DNA of 24,738 nucleotides from a virus. Its lineage: Duplodnaviria > Caudoviricetes. A program made the position numbers and the translations under genes. The stretch is from IMG/VR virus record IMGVR_UViG_3300044676_001594, positions 1 to 24,738 of that record; one strand, given 5' to 3'. Each line of letters opens with the position of its first letter. Position 1 is the first letter of the stretch. A model generated the notes under the pieces. That model searched no databases, was not told the origin of the DNA, and was given only the letters and a program-made list of their open reading frames with translations. Below are positions 7,458 to 16,674 of the stretch, in pieces.

Positions 7458-7815
7458 TTCTGTATGTTATATCGTCCAGTTCCGACGGGAGCTTTCCCTC
7501 TTTAATCTTTTCTTCAGTCCATATCCAAGCTGAAGCATTCCACAAGATAGCACCCGCATGGTCTTCAGAGTTGTCCCCCTCAGCCAGCCCCAACAAATGT
7601 CTAAACATCGAGTCATATAATCTACTTAGTGGGAATCCTTGCTTCCAGTTGTCGTCTCCGTAAAGCTTTCCGCCAGCTTCAAATCTTTTGGCGAGACTGC
7701 GTAAGGCGACCGGAGGTATAAGGCTGGGTCGTCCCCGTCCATTGTCCCCATCACGCCTTGCCCCAGTGCTGAAGTTTCTAGTATATCCTTGGTTTGGTAA
7801 TTCTTCGGTGTCCAT
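7450..7815 (-). CDS. dATP/dGTP diphosphohydrolase N-terminal-domain family protein (DUF5664-like)
   Basis: F.TGARRD...GRPSLIPP.AL..LA..FEAG..LYG..NWKQG.P...YDS..RHL....G...EDH..A..WN pattern. Confidence 0.8.
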   Translation of the reverse strand: MDTEELPNQGYTRNFSTGARRDGDNGRGRPSLIPPVALRSLAKRFEAGGKLYGDDNWKQGFPLSRLYDSMFRHLLGLAEGDNSEDHAGAILWNASAWIWTEEKIKEGKLPSELDDITYRSE

Positions 7816-8549
7816 AGTTTCTTTATTGTTTTAGTTCTGAAGCAGTAATTCTCTGCTCGTAGTAATCGTGCCATCCATGCATTCATCAAAGCATCTTGTT
7901 CAGTAAGCCCTGCTTTCTCGTAACATGTTACAACTGTTTCCCAAGTGTATCCGTATTTATCCAACGCTTTCTTAGCAGCTACTGGTCCTACTTTTGGTAC
8001 ACCACTGAATCCATCTGTTGAATCTCCGGTCAGTGTTTGTATCAAGTGGAAGTTATCTGCTTCTTCAACGGATGGTTGGTGGTACTCTCCTTTGTTATAG
8101 TCAAAGAAGATACCTGGTACACTCTTGAAGTCTTTGTCTATACTAACGATAATCGTCTCTTCATCCATCGCTTTATCAGTAGCTAAGATAGATATAACAT
8201 CGTCTGCTTCTAAGTTAGCCCACAACACACCACCTAACTCATCGATGATCCACTGCTTCACTTGTCGTAAGATGATGGGTAATCGAGACTTAGCACGGTT
8301 TGCTTTGTATTCAGGGTTAAGTTTACGACGGAAGTTAGCACGGTCTGATAGACACAGCACTACATTCTCACACTTCAACTGTTCTCTGAACTCCTGTATC
8401 TTATTTATCACACGAGCTTTAGCTAATGCCATGTCTGCGTGTACAGTCCACAGTTCTTCCTTCCATTGTATTGGTTCTTCTGCGACAACAGCTGCCTCGA
8501 AAGCGAGGACATCTGCGTCTATTAATAGTGTAGTTTTTGTTTTACTCAT
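7626..8549 (-). CDS. gp6: 5'-3' exonuclease (T7 gp6-like)
   Basis: LLIDADVL, NFR..L.PEYKANR, LEADDVI, SIDKDF, QTLTGDSTDGFSGVPKVG, ARLLR...LWTP. Confidence 0.95.
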   Translation of the reverse strand: MSKTKTTLLIDADVLAFEAAVVAEEPIQWKEELWTVHADMALAKARVINKIQEFREQLKCENVVLCLSDRANFRRKLNPEYKANRAKSRLPIILRQVKQWIIDELGGVLWANLEADDVISILATDKAMDEETIIVSIDKDFKSVPGIFFDYNKGEYHQPSVEEADNFHLIQTLTGDSTDGFSGVPKVGPVAAKKALDKYGYTWETVVTCYEKAGLTEQDALMNAWMARLLRAENYCFRTKTIKKLWTPKNYQTKDILETSALGQGVMGTMDGDDPALYLRSPYAVSPKDLKLAESFTETTTGSKDSH

Positions 8550-9051
8550 AGTATACGCTCCAGTTATTCTGATATTTCATGTACTTGGACTTGGAACTAT
8601 TGTCGTCGTACAGTTTTATTGTCAAGCTAGTGACAGCTTTTCTAGGTATCATCCACCACATATTAATAGGTGCTGCGTAACAAGCTACTACATCCACCAA
8701 GTCACTCATGTGTGCTTTAGTAGTACATCCAGTACCGGTTGATAAACTGTAGTAATTACATTTGTGTTTAACGCTTGTGCTTTTTACTTGTACCTTCAGA
8801 TCACCTGCTGGGCAGTGCACGATATAGTCCCAAGGCATAGGAGTAGTTGGTGTGTGTGGTTCAAAGTCCCGCTCTAAACATTCTGTTATGAAACGAGTCT
8901 CTGCTATAGCTCCTATGCGTTGTTCTTTAGATGATGGCATGTGTTGTCTCCATTCAAATGGGTAGCTAATATCTTGGGTGTCGTACAATTCAGCGACCGT
9001 AGTATAGTAATCATATTCTATTTCGTCCATCATCAATGCGTCTCCGCCCAA
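8542..9051 (-). CDS. PD-(D/E)XK endonuclease (group I intron-associated PDDEXK_5-like), free-standing
   Basis: G.IAE.RF...C...P....WDYIV......KVQVKS motif. Start is uncertain (ATG near 9033, coupled to the pol stop, or MPSSK at 8940). Confidence 0.75.
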   Translation of the reverse strand: MGGDALMMDEIEYDYYTTVAELYDTQDISYPFEWRQHMPSSKEQRIGAIAETRFITECLERDFEPHTPTTPMPWDYIVHCPAGDLKVQVKSTSVKHKCNYYSLSTGTGCTTKAHMSDLVDVVACYAAPINMWWMIPRKAVTSLTIKLYDDNSSKSKYMKYQNNWSVYYE

Positions 9052-10907
9052 GTGTTTCCGATCTTGTACTCACCATCAAGTTGTACATTCAGCTTCAGTT
9101 CAACACCCGCTACACGAATAGCTTTCACTGCTAACTTACCGAATGCTTCTGCTTGGTCTGGTATTACTTCCGCTTGGAACTCATCGTGTATGTTAGCAAC
9201 AAATGCGTACTCTCGACCGTGCTGCCAGTTACTCTTACCGAGTGCGTGGAACAGTTGGATAAGTGCTACCTTCATACACACAGCTCCGGCTGATTGAAGT
9301 AACATGTTCAGTGCTGCGTGACTGCTTCTAATCCGTAATAGTCGCCCGTCCAATCCTGATAAGACACCACCGTGTTCCACTTTCTTTTGGATAGCATCTT
9401 GTAGTTTCTTCAAAGCTGGTAGGTTATCTAAGAACTTACGCTTCAACTGCATACCTTCCTTCGCTCCACCCCCAATGATCTCTCCCATCTTAGCGGGACC
9501 AGCACCGTACAACAAAGCGTAGATCATGGTCTTAGCTTGGTCTCTGTTCTCTAACCCTGCTCGTTCCATGTTGAATGTATGGATGTCTCCTTCTGTTACT
9601 ATCTTTCCGTACTCTCCTCTATCGTAGAATGCTAAGTAATGTGCTAACATCCGTAGCTCCAATCCACTAGCGTCACATCCCACCAACTTCTTACCGACAC
9701 CCGCACCGAATAAATCCCGACACTCTTCACCGTAAGGTACACGACAAGCAGGAACTTGTGCTACATTTGGATTGCTGTGTGTACACCGCCCAGTCACTGC
9801 TCCATTTGTATTCACACTACCGTGTATGCGTCCAAGCTTCGCCAACTTTAACCACGCTTGTTCACCCTCTGCTAACTGACCCAGTCTTTTCTGTACGAGG
9901 AGATAGTCTAATAACTTCTGTGCTATTGGATGGTCGATCTTCTTCAGTACTCCCTCATCCACTTTAGGTGTGGTAGCGTCTGGTTCTTTTGGTAGATCGT
10001 ATCCGAGGTCAGCTAACGCTTGTGCTATCTGTTGTCGAGACCCTGGGTTAAACAGTGTAGTCTTCTTCTTGTTACCACTCTTGACTGCTTCCTTTAACAA
10101 GGTCTGCTTCAACCCTCTAGCTTTCAACATCTCCTTTAGCTTTACCTTGGTCTCAGCAGTGAGGACTTCTATCTTATCTTCCTCCTTTAATGTTATCGAC
10201 CAACCAGCTGGACTCTTCATCTCTTCCACCTTTGGTGATACCATCTGTTGCAGTTCGTCTTTCAACTCTGCTCGGATAGAGGTTAACTTAGCGGTTAACT
10301 TGTCTGCTTTATCCAAGTCAAAACTGAAACCGTGTCGTTCTTGTTGAGCGATGATAAATGCAAACCAATGTTCTATACCTATCATCACACGGCTCGGCTC
10401 TTGCTTCATTAAGTAATCGTACAACAGCTGAGTAACTATACAGTCACGCTCACAGTACTTCTTCATCTCCTCATTGTAGTGATCAAACGCACCATCCTCT
10501 TCTCCGTAAGTCAGCTTCGTAGCTTTACCCATCCGGTGTCCCCAAGCTTTCAAGCTGTGACTACCTACAAGTTTAGGATCGAAGTTGTTCCGTCCGAAGT
10601 CCTCGTTCCTCAAGTCAGAGAAGATACACCTAGATAATACTAAGGTATCAATAACTTTAACCAAGGGTGGAGAGAAGCCGTACATCTTCTTCAGTGCTGG
10701 TATATCAAACTTAATAACATTGTGTCCAACTATACGGTCTGCTTCTGCTAGTGCTTGCAACCCTCGATGTATGCTGTCTCCCGCAAATGTCACCATCTTA
10801 GAAGTCATTGGATCGTACACACTCAAGCAGTGTACCGTGTGTAAGTCAGTCAGATTAGTGAAGTCTTCAAGACCGTTAGTTTCTATATCAAAGAATAGTG
10901 TTCTCAT
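9033..10907 (-). CDS. gp5: DNA polymerase family A (T7 gp5-like)
   Basis: Exo motifs FDIETNG, GHNVIKFD, YCERD. Pol motifs DASGLELRMLAHY (A), RDQAKTMIYALLYGAG (B, Tyr at the T7 Y526-equivalent site), IHDEFQ (C). Confidence 0.97.
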   Translation of the reverse strand: MRTLFFDIETNGLEDFTNLTDLHTVHCLSVYDPMTSKMVTFAGDSIHRGLQALAEADRIVGHNVIKFDIPALKKMYGFSPPLVKVIDTLVLSRCIFSDLRNEDFGRNNFDPKLVGSHSLKAWGHRMGKATKLTYGEEDGAFDHYNEEMKKYCERDCIVTQLLYDYLMKQEPSRVMIGIEHWFAFIIAQQERHGFSFDLDKADKLTAKLTSIRAELKDELQQMVSPKVEEMKSPAGWSITLKEEDKIEVLTAETKVKLKEMLKARGLKQTLLKEAVKSGNKKKTTLFNPGSRQQIAQALADLGYDLPKEPDATTPKVDEGVLKKIDHPIAQKLLDYLLVQKRLGQLAEGEQAWLKLAKLGRIHGSVNTNGAVTGRCTHSNPNVAQVPACRVPYGEECRDLFGAGVGKKLVGCDASGLELRMLAHYLAFYDRGEYGKIVTEGDIHTFNMERAGLENRDQAKTMIYALLYGAGPAKMGEIIGGGAKEGMQLKRKFLDNLPALKKLQDAIQKKVEHGGVLSGLDGRLLRIRSSHAALNMLLQSAGAVCMKVALIQLFHALGKSNWQHGREYAFVANIHDEFQAEVIPDQAEAFGKLAVKAIRVAGVELKLNVQLDGEYKIGNTWAETH

Positions 10908-10913
10908 ATTTAT

Positions 10914-12494
10914 TTAGAATGGTTCGTTGTTATTTGTTTCTTCAAAGGTACTCGCCCTGTCTTCCTCGGTGCACCTACCTGTATCACAGTTGTAATACAA
11001 AGTACTACAGTGTCCGGTCTCACCGCTGAATCGATTCTTCAGTACTCTTACTTTTGTTTCGTTGGATAGCTTGTCGCTCTGTTGGTTGCGTTCCAATCCG
11101 ATGACCATGTCAGATAGCTGTGCGATTGCTTGGCTACCTCGGAGGTGATGCAGACTGACTCGTCCACCCTCTTCATGTCCTGTATCCACACGCTTCAAGT
11201 GACTGACCAGTACCATACCACACCCCGTCTCCTCAACTAGAGATCGTAGCTTGGTCATAGTATTATCTATCAATCGTCGCTCGTCGTCTCCTTGTATCCC
11301 ACTAACAACTATCGATAGGTGATCTAGGAATATCCATTTACAATCGAATCCTTTAATCAGATACCTAATCTTAGATAACAGATTGTCACTCTCCATACTC
11401 CCGAAGTGATCGTAGGTGTAGAACTTACCGTTGCCCACAGTCTTATCGAACGCAGGTCGTAACTCCTTCTCATCTAACATATCATCGTCGAGGTGTAACG
11501 GTTTGTTCATGTGGATCCCTAGTATACCCAACGCTGTACGCCTGACAGATTCTTCAAGAGCTATGTAACCTACCGTCTCACCCATCCCTAACAGATGGTG
11601 TGCTATCTCACGACAAAACAGACTCTTACCGATACCACTACCAGCAGTAACAGTTACAAGTTCACCCAACCTCATACCGTGAGTGATACTGTTCAGTCCT
11701 ATAAACGGATACGGTTTGCTTTTGTGTTCCTCCTTATGAGAGATAACATCCCACAACTCCTTACCGTTTACGATGCCGTCCGGTCTGTACTCACGAGCGT
11801 CGAACAAGCACTGGACTAACTCCTTACTTCTGTTCGCAACGAGCATGTCGTTAGCATCCTTTAGTGGTAGCTCTGCGATGTGTGCTTTGCCAGGTGTTAA
11901 GAGTGCTGCACATTCTGCTGCTCCCTTTCGTCCGACATCATCCATATCAAAGCAGAAGACTACTTGATCGTACCTGTCCAACCAATCGATAGCTTGAGCA
12001 ACAAACTTCTTAGCTGCTCCTGCTCCGTTAGGTACACTGACTACTGGCCACTTGTTATCGAACGCTTGGCTGACACTTAAAGCATCCACCTCACCCTCGG
12101 TAACAACTACTCGTCTACCTCCATCCCGCCACAGGTGCTGACCGTACAATCCTATCAGCTCTCCTCTAGTAGCGAAACTCTTGTCAGCAAACCGTAGCTT
12201 CTGTGCACAAGTCTTACCGTCTCTTGTTTTATAGTTAGCTATCTGTACAGGCTGTCCGTTCACATTGCCCATCCAATACCCCCACTTCCGACAGGTATCT
12301 TCAGTCAAGTTTCTTCGGGCTATTGCTTGAGGTGATCCGTTAACAAACTCTCTCGGTGTTGGGTCGCTCACTTTTCGTCCTCCTCCAGCGTGACTGTTAC
12401 AGCTGAAACAATGCCAGCTTCCGTCGTCGTTAGTGGCTCTTGCATCACTTGATCCACACTTAGGACAGGGTTGGTGTGTGTTTGTAAAAGCCAT
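10914..12494 (-). CDS. gp4: Primase/helicase (T7 gp4-like)
   Basis: Zn finger CPKC...CFSC, TOPRIM TEGEVDA/FDMD, Walker A AGSGIGKS, LDHLSI, VSHL, LRGS.AIAQLSD, KNRFSG. Confidence 0.97.
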   Translation of the reverse strand: MAFTNTHQPCPKCGSSDARATNDDGSWHCFSCNSHAGGGRKVSDPTPREFVNGSPQAIARRNLTEDTCRKWGYWMGNVNGQPVQIANYKTRDGKTCAQKLRFADKSFATRGELIGLYGQHLWRDGGRRVVVTEGEVDALSVSQAFDNKWPVVSVPNGAGAAKKFVAQAIDWLDRYDQVVFCFDMDDVGRKGAAECAALLTPGKAHIAELPLKDANDMLVANRSKELVQCLFDAREYRPDGIVNGKELWDVISHKEEHKSKPYPFIGLNSITHGMRLGELVTVTAGSGIGKSLFCREIAHHLLGMGETVGYIALEESVRRTALGILGIHMNKPLHLDDDMLDEKELRPAFDKTVGNGKFYTYDHFGSMESDNLLSKIRYLIKGFDCKWIFLDHLSIVVSGIQGDDERRLIDNTMTKLRSLVEETGCGMVLVSHLKRVDTGHEEGGRVSLHHLRGSQAIAQLSDMVIGLERNQQSDKLSNETKVRVLKNRFSGETGHCSTLYYNCDTGRCTEEDRASTFEETNNNEPF

Positions 12495-12865
12495 TGTTTT
12501 GGTATTTGTTTATTTGCATATAGTATATTTTTCTTTTCGCACCAGCGGGCGTAGGTAGTGTTGCTTCCTTTCCGTATCTTATTAAAAGCATTCATAAATA
12601 CTAGTCGGATGTCTAGGTGTGGATGCTGTTCTCGGACTAGTAGATGCTTCGTTCGATCCTCCACCGTCCATAAACCCTTAGCTTCAATGATGATGCCGTT
12701 GGGTAGTATGAAGTCGGGAGTATAAGTTGCTACCTTTTGGTACTCTAACTTGATTGTTTCGTACTCAAAAGCAACACCACTACGCTGAAGCTGGTTAGCT
12801 AATGTTTGCTCGAATCCAGATCGGTACTTAGAAGTTGGCGAGGACCTCTTCTTCTTCTTCCGCAT
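12368..12865 (-). CDS. gp3: Endonuclease I / Holliday junction resolvase (T7 gp3-like)
   Basis: YRSGFE, YTPDFILPNGIIIEAKG, DRTKHLLVREQHP.LDIRLVF, Y..WCEK. ATG at 12865 preferred over GTG at 12874. Confidence 0.95.
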   Translation of the reverse strand: MRKKKKRSSPTSKYRSGFEQTLANQLQRSGVAFEYETIKLEYQKVATYTPDFILPNGIIIEAKGLWTVEDRTKHLLVREQHPHLDIRLVFMNAFNKIRKGSNTTYARWCEKKNILYANKQIPKQWLLQTHTNPVLSVDQVMQEPLTTTEAGIVSAVTVTLEEDEK

Positions 12866-13454
12866 CGAATCCACCCTCTAAGTTTTCACCGCCATTAACA
12901 AAGCCTTCTTCCTCAGTAGTGAATCCAAACGCAGATGCTGCGATACTGGATACTCCACCTTCACCAAGTTGAATGACTTGAACAGCTTGTAACTCAAAGG
13001 TGACTCCGAATCCAACAGCAGCTGTGTAGTAAAACTTAGGACGGAACGCTACATTAACTTGCGAACCTCCCCATACTTTTACATCTGGGTCAAGTGGTTT
13101 ACCAGTGGAATCGTACAGAGCAATCGATAAGTGATACTCACTACCGTCCCGTCTGCGTCCACCAGCTTTTTGTTTTACCTTGATCAGGTATCCACCTTCC
13201 ACTTCATCAATCGGAAACTCACGCTGTGTAATCTTCTTACCAGCATTTGCTTCTTGTACTTCACGCAACTCTTCCTCGTACAACGGACGAAGAACCTGTT
13301 TGATTGCGTCTGCTTGTTCTTTATCTATTACAAGATCACAACTGTAAGTACCAAACTCCGGATCAAATCTTTTGTTAGGTTCATTAAGGTGACAGTACTT
13401 AGCTGTACCTTTAGCTTTTATAATCTCGTGTTTCTTTCTAGCTTTTAGTGCCAT
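12828..13454 (-). CDS. gp2.5: Single-stranded DNA-binding protein (T7 gp2.5-like)
   Basis: G.AKY.HL.EP, LYDS.GKP, VWGGS, GV...LQAVQVIQL, acidic tail ending in F. Confidence 0.92.
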   Translation of the reverse strand: MALKARKKHEIIKAKGTAKYCHLNEPNKRFDPEFGTYSCDLVIDKEQADAIKQVLRPLYEEELREVQEANAGKKITQREFPIDEVEGGYLIKVKQKAGGRRRDGSEYHLSIALYDSTGKPLDPDVKVWGGSQVNVAFRPKFYYTAAVGFGVTFELQAVQVIQLGEGGVSSIAASAFGFTTEEEGFVNGGENLEGGFDAEEEEEVLANF

Positions 13455-13474
13455 ATCTATTTTTCATTTATTAG

Positions 13475-15808
13475 TTAAGACAACAGATACTTCATACGCT
13501 TTACTGCCGAGACATCTAAGTCTCCAAGTTCAGGCACGAGTGGAAGTTCTGCGGTCGGATGGTTGTTGATTTGCTCCATTCTGAACTCGGTCAGGAGATC
13601 AACAGAGAAAGTTTTTGCGTACATCTGTCGTACAATCGTATTACATTTGCGTACATTACAAGCGTGGGTCACGAAACAGTCATGTATAGTAGCCAAGTCA
13701 AAGTCAACCTCATTAGCTACTTGATGTACGATACAAGCGTCTAAGCTGTGGATAAAGTTAGCAGTCACTGCATTGCCGTGTTGCTTGGTATCTATCTCAG
13801 ATGTCTCAGTAAAGGTACGGACATATACAGTAGTGTTATCAAATACAGATTCTAAATCTATCTTCTTATACTTACTAAAGCTTTGCTTAACTTTAAATCC
13901 AGTAGGTGTAGTCCAAGTAATACCGTCCTCGTAAGGCAAACACCTTATCGTTTCACGCAGGTACTTCATCACTCGGTTAACAGGTTCACACACTTCATCT
14001 GCTATCTTGTTTATTATATTACTGATCCAGATAACAGCAGTTAACATCTCACCTGTTGTAGACCAAGGATGATTAACTCCTATACTTTTAAATAAATCTT
14101 GTACTAAGTTGTAACTTGTAGCTCCATACGGACGGTTCATCACTGCCATCTTAGCTATCTTTCTTTTGATACCGTACTGCATCCAGCTCTTAGCAATAAC
14201 ACCACCGTCTTTCATCAGCTCATCGTGTATCCTGTCTGCTACATATTGATACATGTCATTAGCTCTGTCTTCCTCCACCAGGTTGCACATCCTACCAATC
14301 TCTTTGTCCCGCAATAACAAACTAAGTATCTGCATACCGTTATTGGAACAGTCCTGACGCACAGGTAAGTAGCTAACATATCCGTACCCCTCCTCCGTAA
14401 ACTTCTTAAACTCTAAACAGAACCGCAGGAAACAGAACGGATCACTTGCATCAGTCCACCAATCAGTACCGTGCGGATCATCAGCAGCTTCCAATATAAA
14501 CTTCTGTCGTTTACCTACCCACTCTAACCGTTCTGCTCGTGTACCCTTCACTCCCCACATGTTAGCACCGTGTACAAGGATAGCTTCTAAGTCCTCTTCA
14601 TCTACTACTTGTTGACCGTTCTTAAAGTCTAACAAACTCTTAGCTAAGTCAGAACCTTGTGGATGTAAGTAGTACGGTAAAGCGTACACTCTGCCACGAT
14701 AGTCACAACGATACGGAAAGTATATCTTCTCCCACTTCCCGTACATTTTAGCGAGGTGTAAGATACGACAAGCTTGGAATCTTTTAGAGCTGTTACTAGC
14801 GTTGGTCTGTTTAATATCTTTCTGCTTTAATTTCCACACCATCAACTCATGCTCATCACTGCCTGTATAATAAGGTTGCTCAGGTATCTCTCCAAATTGT
14901 GGGATGTTTCCTACTACCCGTTCATTCTCCCAAAACTTTAGAGTAAGTTCTAAAATCTCTTCGTTAATTTTCCACTCCACTCTTTGAAGTTTATTAACAG
15001 CAGACATTACATGATCGTAGTTATTACCCTCAAACCATTCGACAGGTTTACCTGTGAAGAATTTCTGTGCAGGTAACTGTTCTATATCGTACCCACCACC
15101 CATCAAGCCGTGCCAATCAACTGGACGGTCAGGTAAAGCCATCTTAAATACTTCCCCTGCTTCCTTCCACTTGTCAAAGCGATGCATCCAATCTTTAAAC
15201 TCCGGAGTAGGTAATACAAAGCGTTCCGGCATCTTACTACTGGTACTCTCTCGCATACCCACTATGAACAAACCAGTACAGCACCTAATTTCCTCCAACA
15301 ACCACAGTCCAAGAGCAGTCTTAGCTTTGTGGTGCCACAATTCAAACCGTACATCTTCGTACTTATAAAACTGGGTGATCTTACTTTGCTTACTCCTGTC
15401 GTTTATCTCTAACAAATCACGCTTGTTGTGACTCAAGTTCTCCAACGCATACTTCCACCTAGCTTCATTCTCAAATGCTTTACCGATACGATGTCCCATC
15501 TTTCCGATAGCTAAGTGGTTGTCTATGTTGTTAAGGAATGTACGCAAAGCAATAACAGCTATTTCATACGGACACATATCCATGACGAAGGTCAGGTAAA
15601 GTGGTGTGGTGTAACCTGGACTAGAGAATTGATCGATGATGTGCTTGACCCTGTCTCCTAACTTCGGACACATACTCTGTAACATACGCTTACAACTAGC
15701 TGTGTGGCTTGACTCTCCTTCTTTGCGTAGCTTTGCTTGTCGGTTACGATACTGCGTCCGTCCCCACTCCCTCATCCTCCAAACATGTCCCTTTGTCTCT
15801 TTAGTCAT
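13475..15808 (-). CDS. gp1: Single-subunit DNA-dependent RNA polymerase (T7 gp1-like), 777 aa
   Basis: DYRGRVY, PQGSDLAKSLL.F, QDCSNNGMQ (motif A), RKIAKMAVMNRPYG (motif B), WTTPTGF, NFIHSLDA, IHDCF (motif C). Confidence 0.96.
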   Translation of the reverse strand: MTKETKGHVWRMREWGRTQYRNRQAKLRKEGESSHTASCKRMLQSMCPKLGDRVKHIIDQFSSPGYTTPLYLTFVMDMCPYEIAVIALRTFLNNIDNHLAIGKMGHRIGKAFENEARWKYALENLSHNKRDLLEINDRSKQSKITQFYKYEDVRFELWHHKAKTALGLWLLEEIRCCTGLFIVGMRESTSSKMPERFVLPTPEFKDWMHRFDKWKEAGEVFKMALPDRPVDWHGLMGGGYDIEQLPAQKFFTGKPVEWFEGNNYDHVMSAVNKLQRVEWKINEEILELTLKFWENERVVGNIPQFGEIPEQPYYTGSDEHELMVWKLKQKDIKQTNASNSSKRFQACRILHLAKMYGKWEKIYFPYRCDYRGRVYALPYYLHPQGSDLAKSLLDFKNGQQVVDEEDLEAILVHGANMWGVKGTRAERLEWVGKRQKFILEAADDPHGTDWWTDASDPFCFLRFCLEFKKFTEEGYGYVSYLPVRQDCSNNGMQILSLLLRDKEIGRMCNLVEEDRANDMYQYVADRIHDELMKDGGVIAKSWMQYGIKRKIAKMAVMNRPYGATSYNLVQDLFKSIGVNHPWSTTGEMLTAVIWISNIINKIADEVCEPVNRVMKYLRETIRCLPYEDGITWTTPTGFKVKQSFSKYKKIDLESVFDNTTVYVRTFTETSEIDTKQHGNAVTANFIHSLDACIVHQVANEVDFDLATIHDCFVTHACNVRKCNTIVRQMYAKTFSVDLLTEFRMEQINNHPTAELPLVPELGDLDVSAVKRMKYLLS

Positions 15809-16037
15809 GTGCGTTATTAAACCAACATTTAGGTAGCTGTCTTTGCTTGTCCGTGCGGTAAGCTATTAACTTGCCTTCAGCATCCCGTACATAGTTGCCG
15901 TTCTTATCCCGCTGGAAGCCTGTGATCTCCGTATCCGCCCAAAACTTATTCCACCCCACAGCGATGGCGTTGTGATCGATGCTAGACCAGTTAAAAGGGA
16001 GGTCAGTTACGGATGTTTCGTATTCTTCCACACTCAT
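15801..16037 (-). CDS. Hypothetical early protein, 78 aa
   Basis: ATG start, overlaps the RNAP start, contains RDKNGNYVRDAEGK repeats. Confidence 0.65.
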   Translation of the reverse strand: MSVEEYETSVTDLPFNWSSIDHNAIAVGWNKFWADTEITGFQRDKNGNYVRDAEGKLIAYRTDKQRQLPKCWFNNAHD

Positions 16038-16104
16038 CTAATAGTTCTTCCCGTAATATGTCCGCCTCAGCCTCCCAAAACAGGTCAACTCTTTCTCGGA
16101 TCAT
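16003..16104 (-). CDS. Hypothetical early peptide, ~33 aa (likely real part of ORF 16003-16227)
   Basis: MIRERVDLFWEAEADILREELLDECGRIRNIRN. The upstream Lys-rich part of the tracked ORF is the shadow of an acidic ORF. Confidence 0.4.
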   Translation of the reverse strand: MIRERVDLFWEAEADILREELLDECGRIRNIRN

Positions 16105-16258
16105 CGTATCCTTCCCGCCTGAGCCAATCTTCGATGGCTTCTTCGTCACCATCAAACTCTTTAATCTCTTCCAAAAGCCATTCTCTCTCCTCTTCTTCTT
16201 TTCGTGCTTCTTCATAGTGTAATTCATAAGGGTCGGTTAACCAGTTGTCGTAACTCAT
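16085..16258 (-). CDS. Highly acidic early protein, 57 aa
   Basis: Not in the track. MSYDNWLTDPYELHYEEARKEEEEREWLLEEIKEFDGDEEAIEDWLRREGYDDPRKS, with a GGAGG SD and an ATGA overlap with the upstream ORF. Confidence 0.7.
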   Translation of the reverse strand: MSYDNWLTDPYELHYEEARKEEEEREWLLEEIKEFDGDEEAIEDWLRREGYDDPRKS

Positions 16259-16413
16259 TGTTCCTCCAGTTTCTCAAGGTGTTCTTTGTAGTGCTGTAGC
16301 TGTATATATAGGTCTAAAAACCTACCACTTAGCTCTCGGTTCATATCGTTGTTAAAAATGTGGAACATAAGCTCTTCAGTCATGTCCACAGGGTCAAGTA
16401 ATATATCTTTCAT
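16255..16413 (-). CDS. Hypothetical early protein, 52 aa
   Basis: Hand translation MKDILLDPVDMTEELMFHIFNNDMNRELSGRFLDLYIQLQHYKEHLEKLEEQ. Tiles with neighbours. Confidence 0.6.
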   Translation of the reverse strand: MKDILLDPVDMTEELMFHIFNNDMNRELSGRFLDLYIQLQHYKEHLEKLEEQ

Positions 16414-16420
16414 CGGTTTA

Positions 16421-16492
16421 TTAATCTCGGTACATCCAACACGTGAAAATTATCGCAATAAATGCAATAAGAAACATCATCATCATACTCAT
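16421..16492 (-). CDS. Single-TM micro-protein, 23 aa
   Basis: MSMMMMFLIAFIAIIFTCWMYRD, with AAGGAG upstream. Confidence 0.5.
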   Translation of the reverse strand: MSMMMMFLIAFIAIIFTCWMYRD

Positions 16493-16515
16493 AGCATATT
16501 CTCCTTCGGTTAAGC

Positions 16516-16674
16516 TCACTGGTTCTGAATCGCTTTTAGTTGTGAATCGTACAGCTTTCGTTTGATCGATTGAAAGGTTTCTATTTCTTCTTCTTCGTAA
16601 AATTCATCGATCAGGTAATGTACGGCATCTAACAATGCTTTGTATTCTTCTTCGGTTAATTCAATAGTATTCAT
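16516..16674 (-). CDS. Hypothetical acidic early protein, 52 aa
   Basis: MNTIELTEEEYKALLDAVHYLIDEFYEEEEIETFQSIKRKLYDSQLKAIQNQ. TAATG overlap with the upstream ORF. Confidence 0.6.
   Translation of the reverse strand: MNTIELTEEEYKALLDAVHYLIDEFYEEEEIETFQSIKRKLYDSQLKAIQNQ

Noticed and set aside
7450-7815. 2-aminoadenine (Z) or 7-deazaguanine genome
   Set aside because: No purZ, datZ, dpdA or que/fol genes in the window, which covers the whole replication module.
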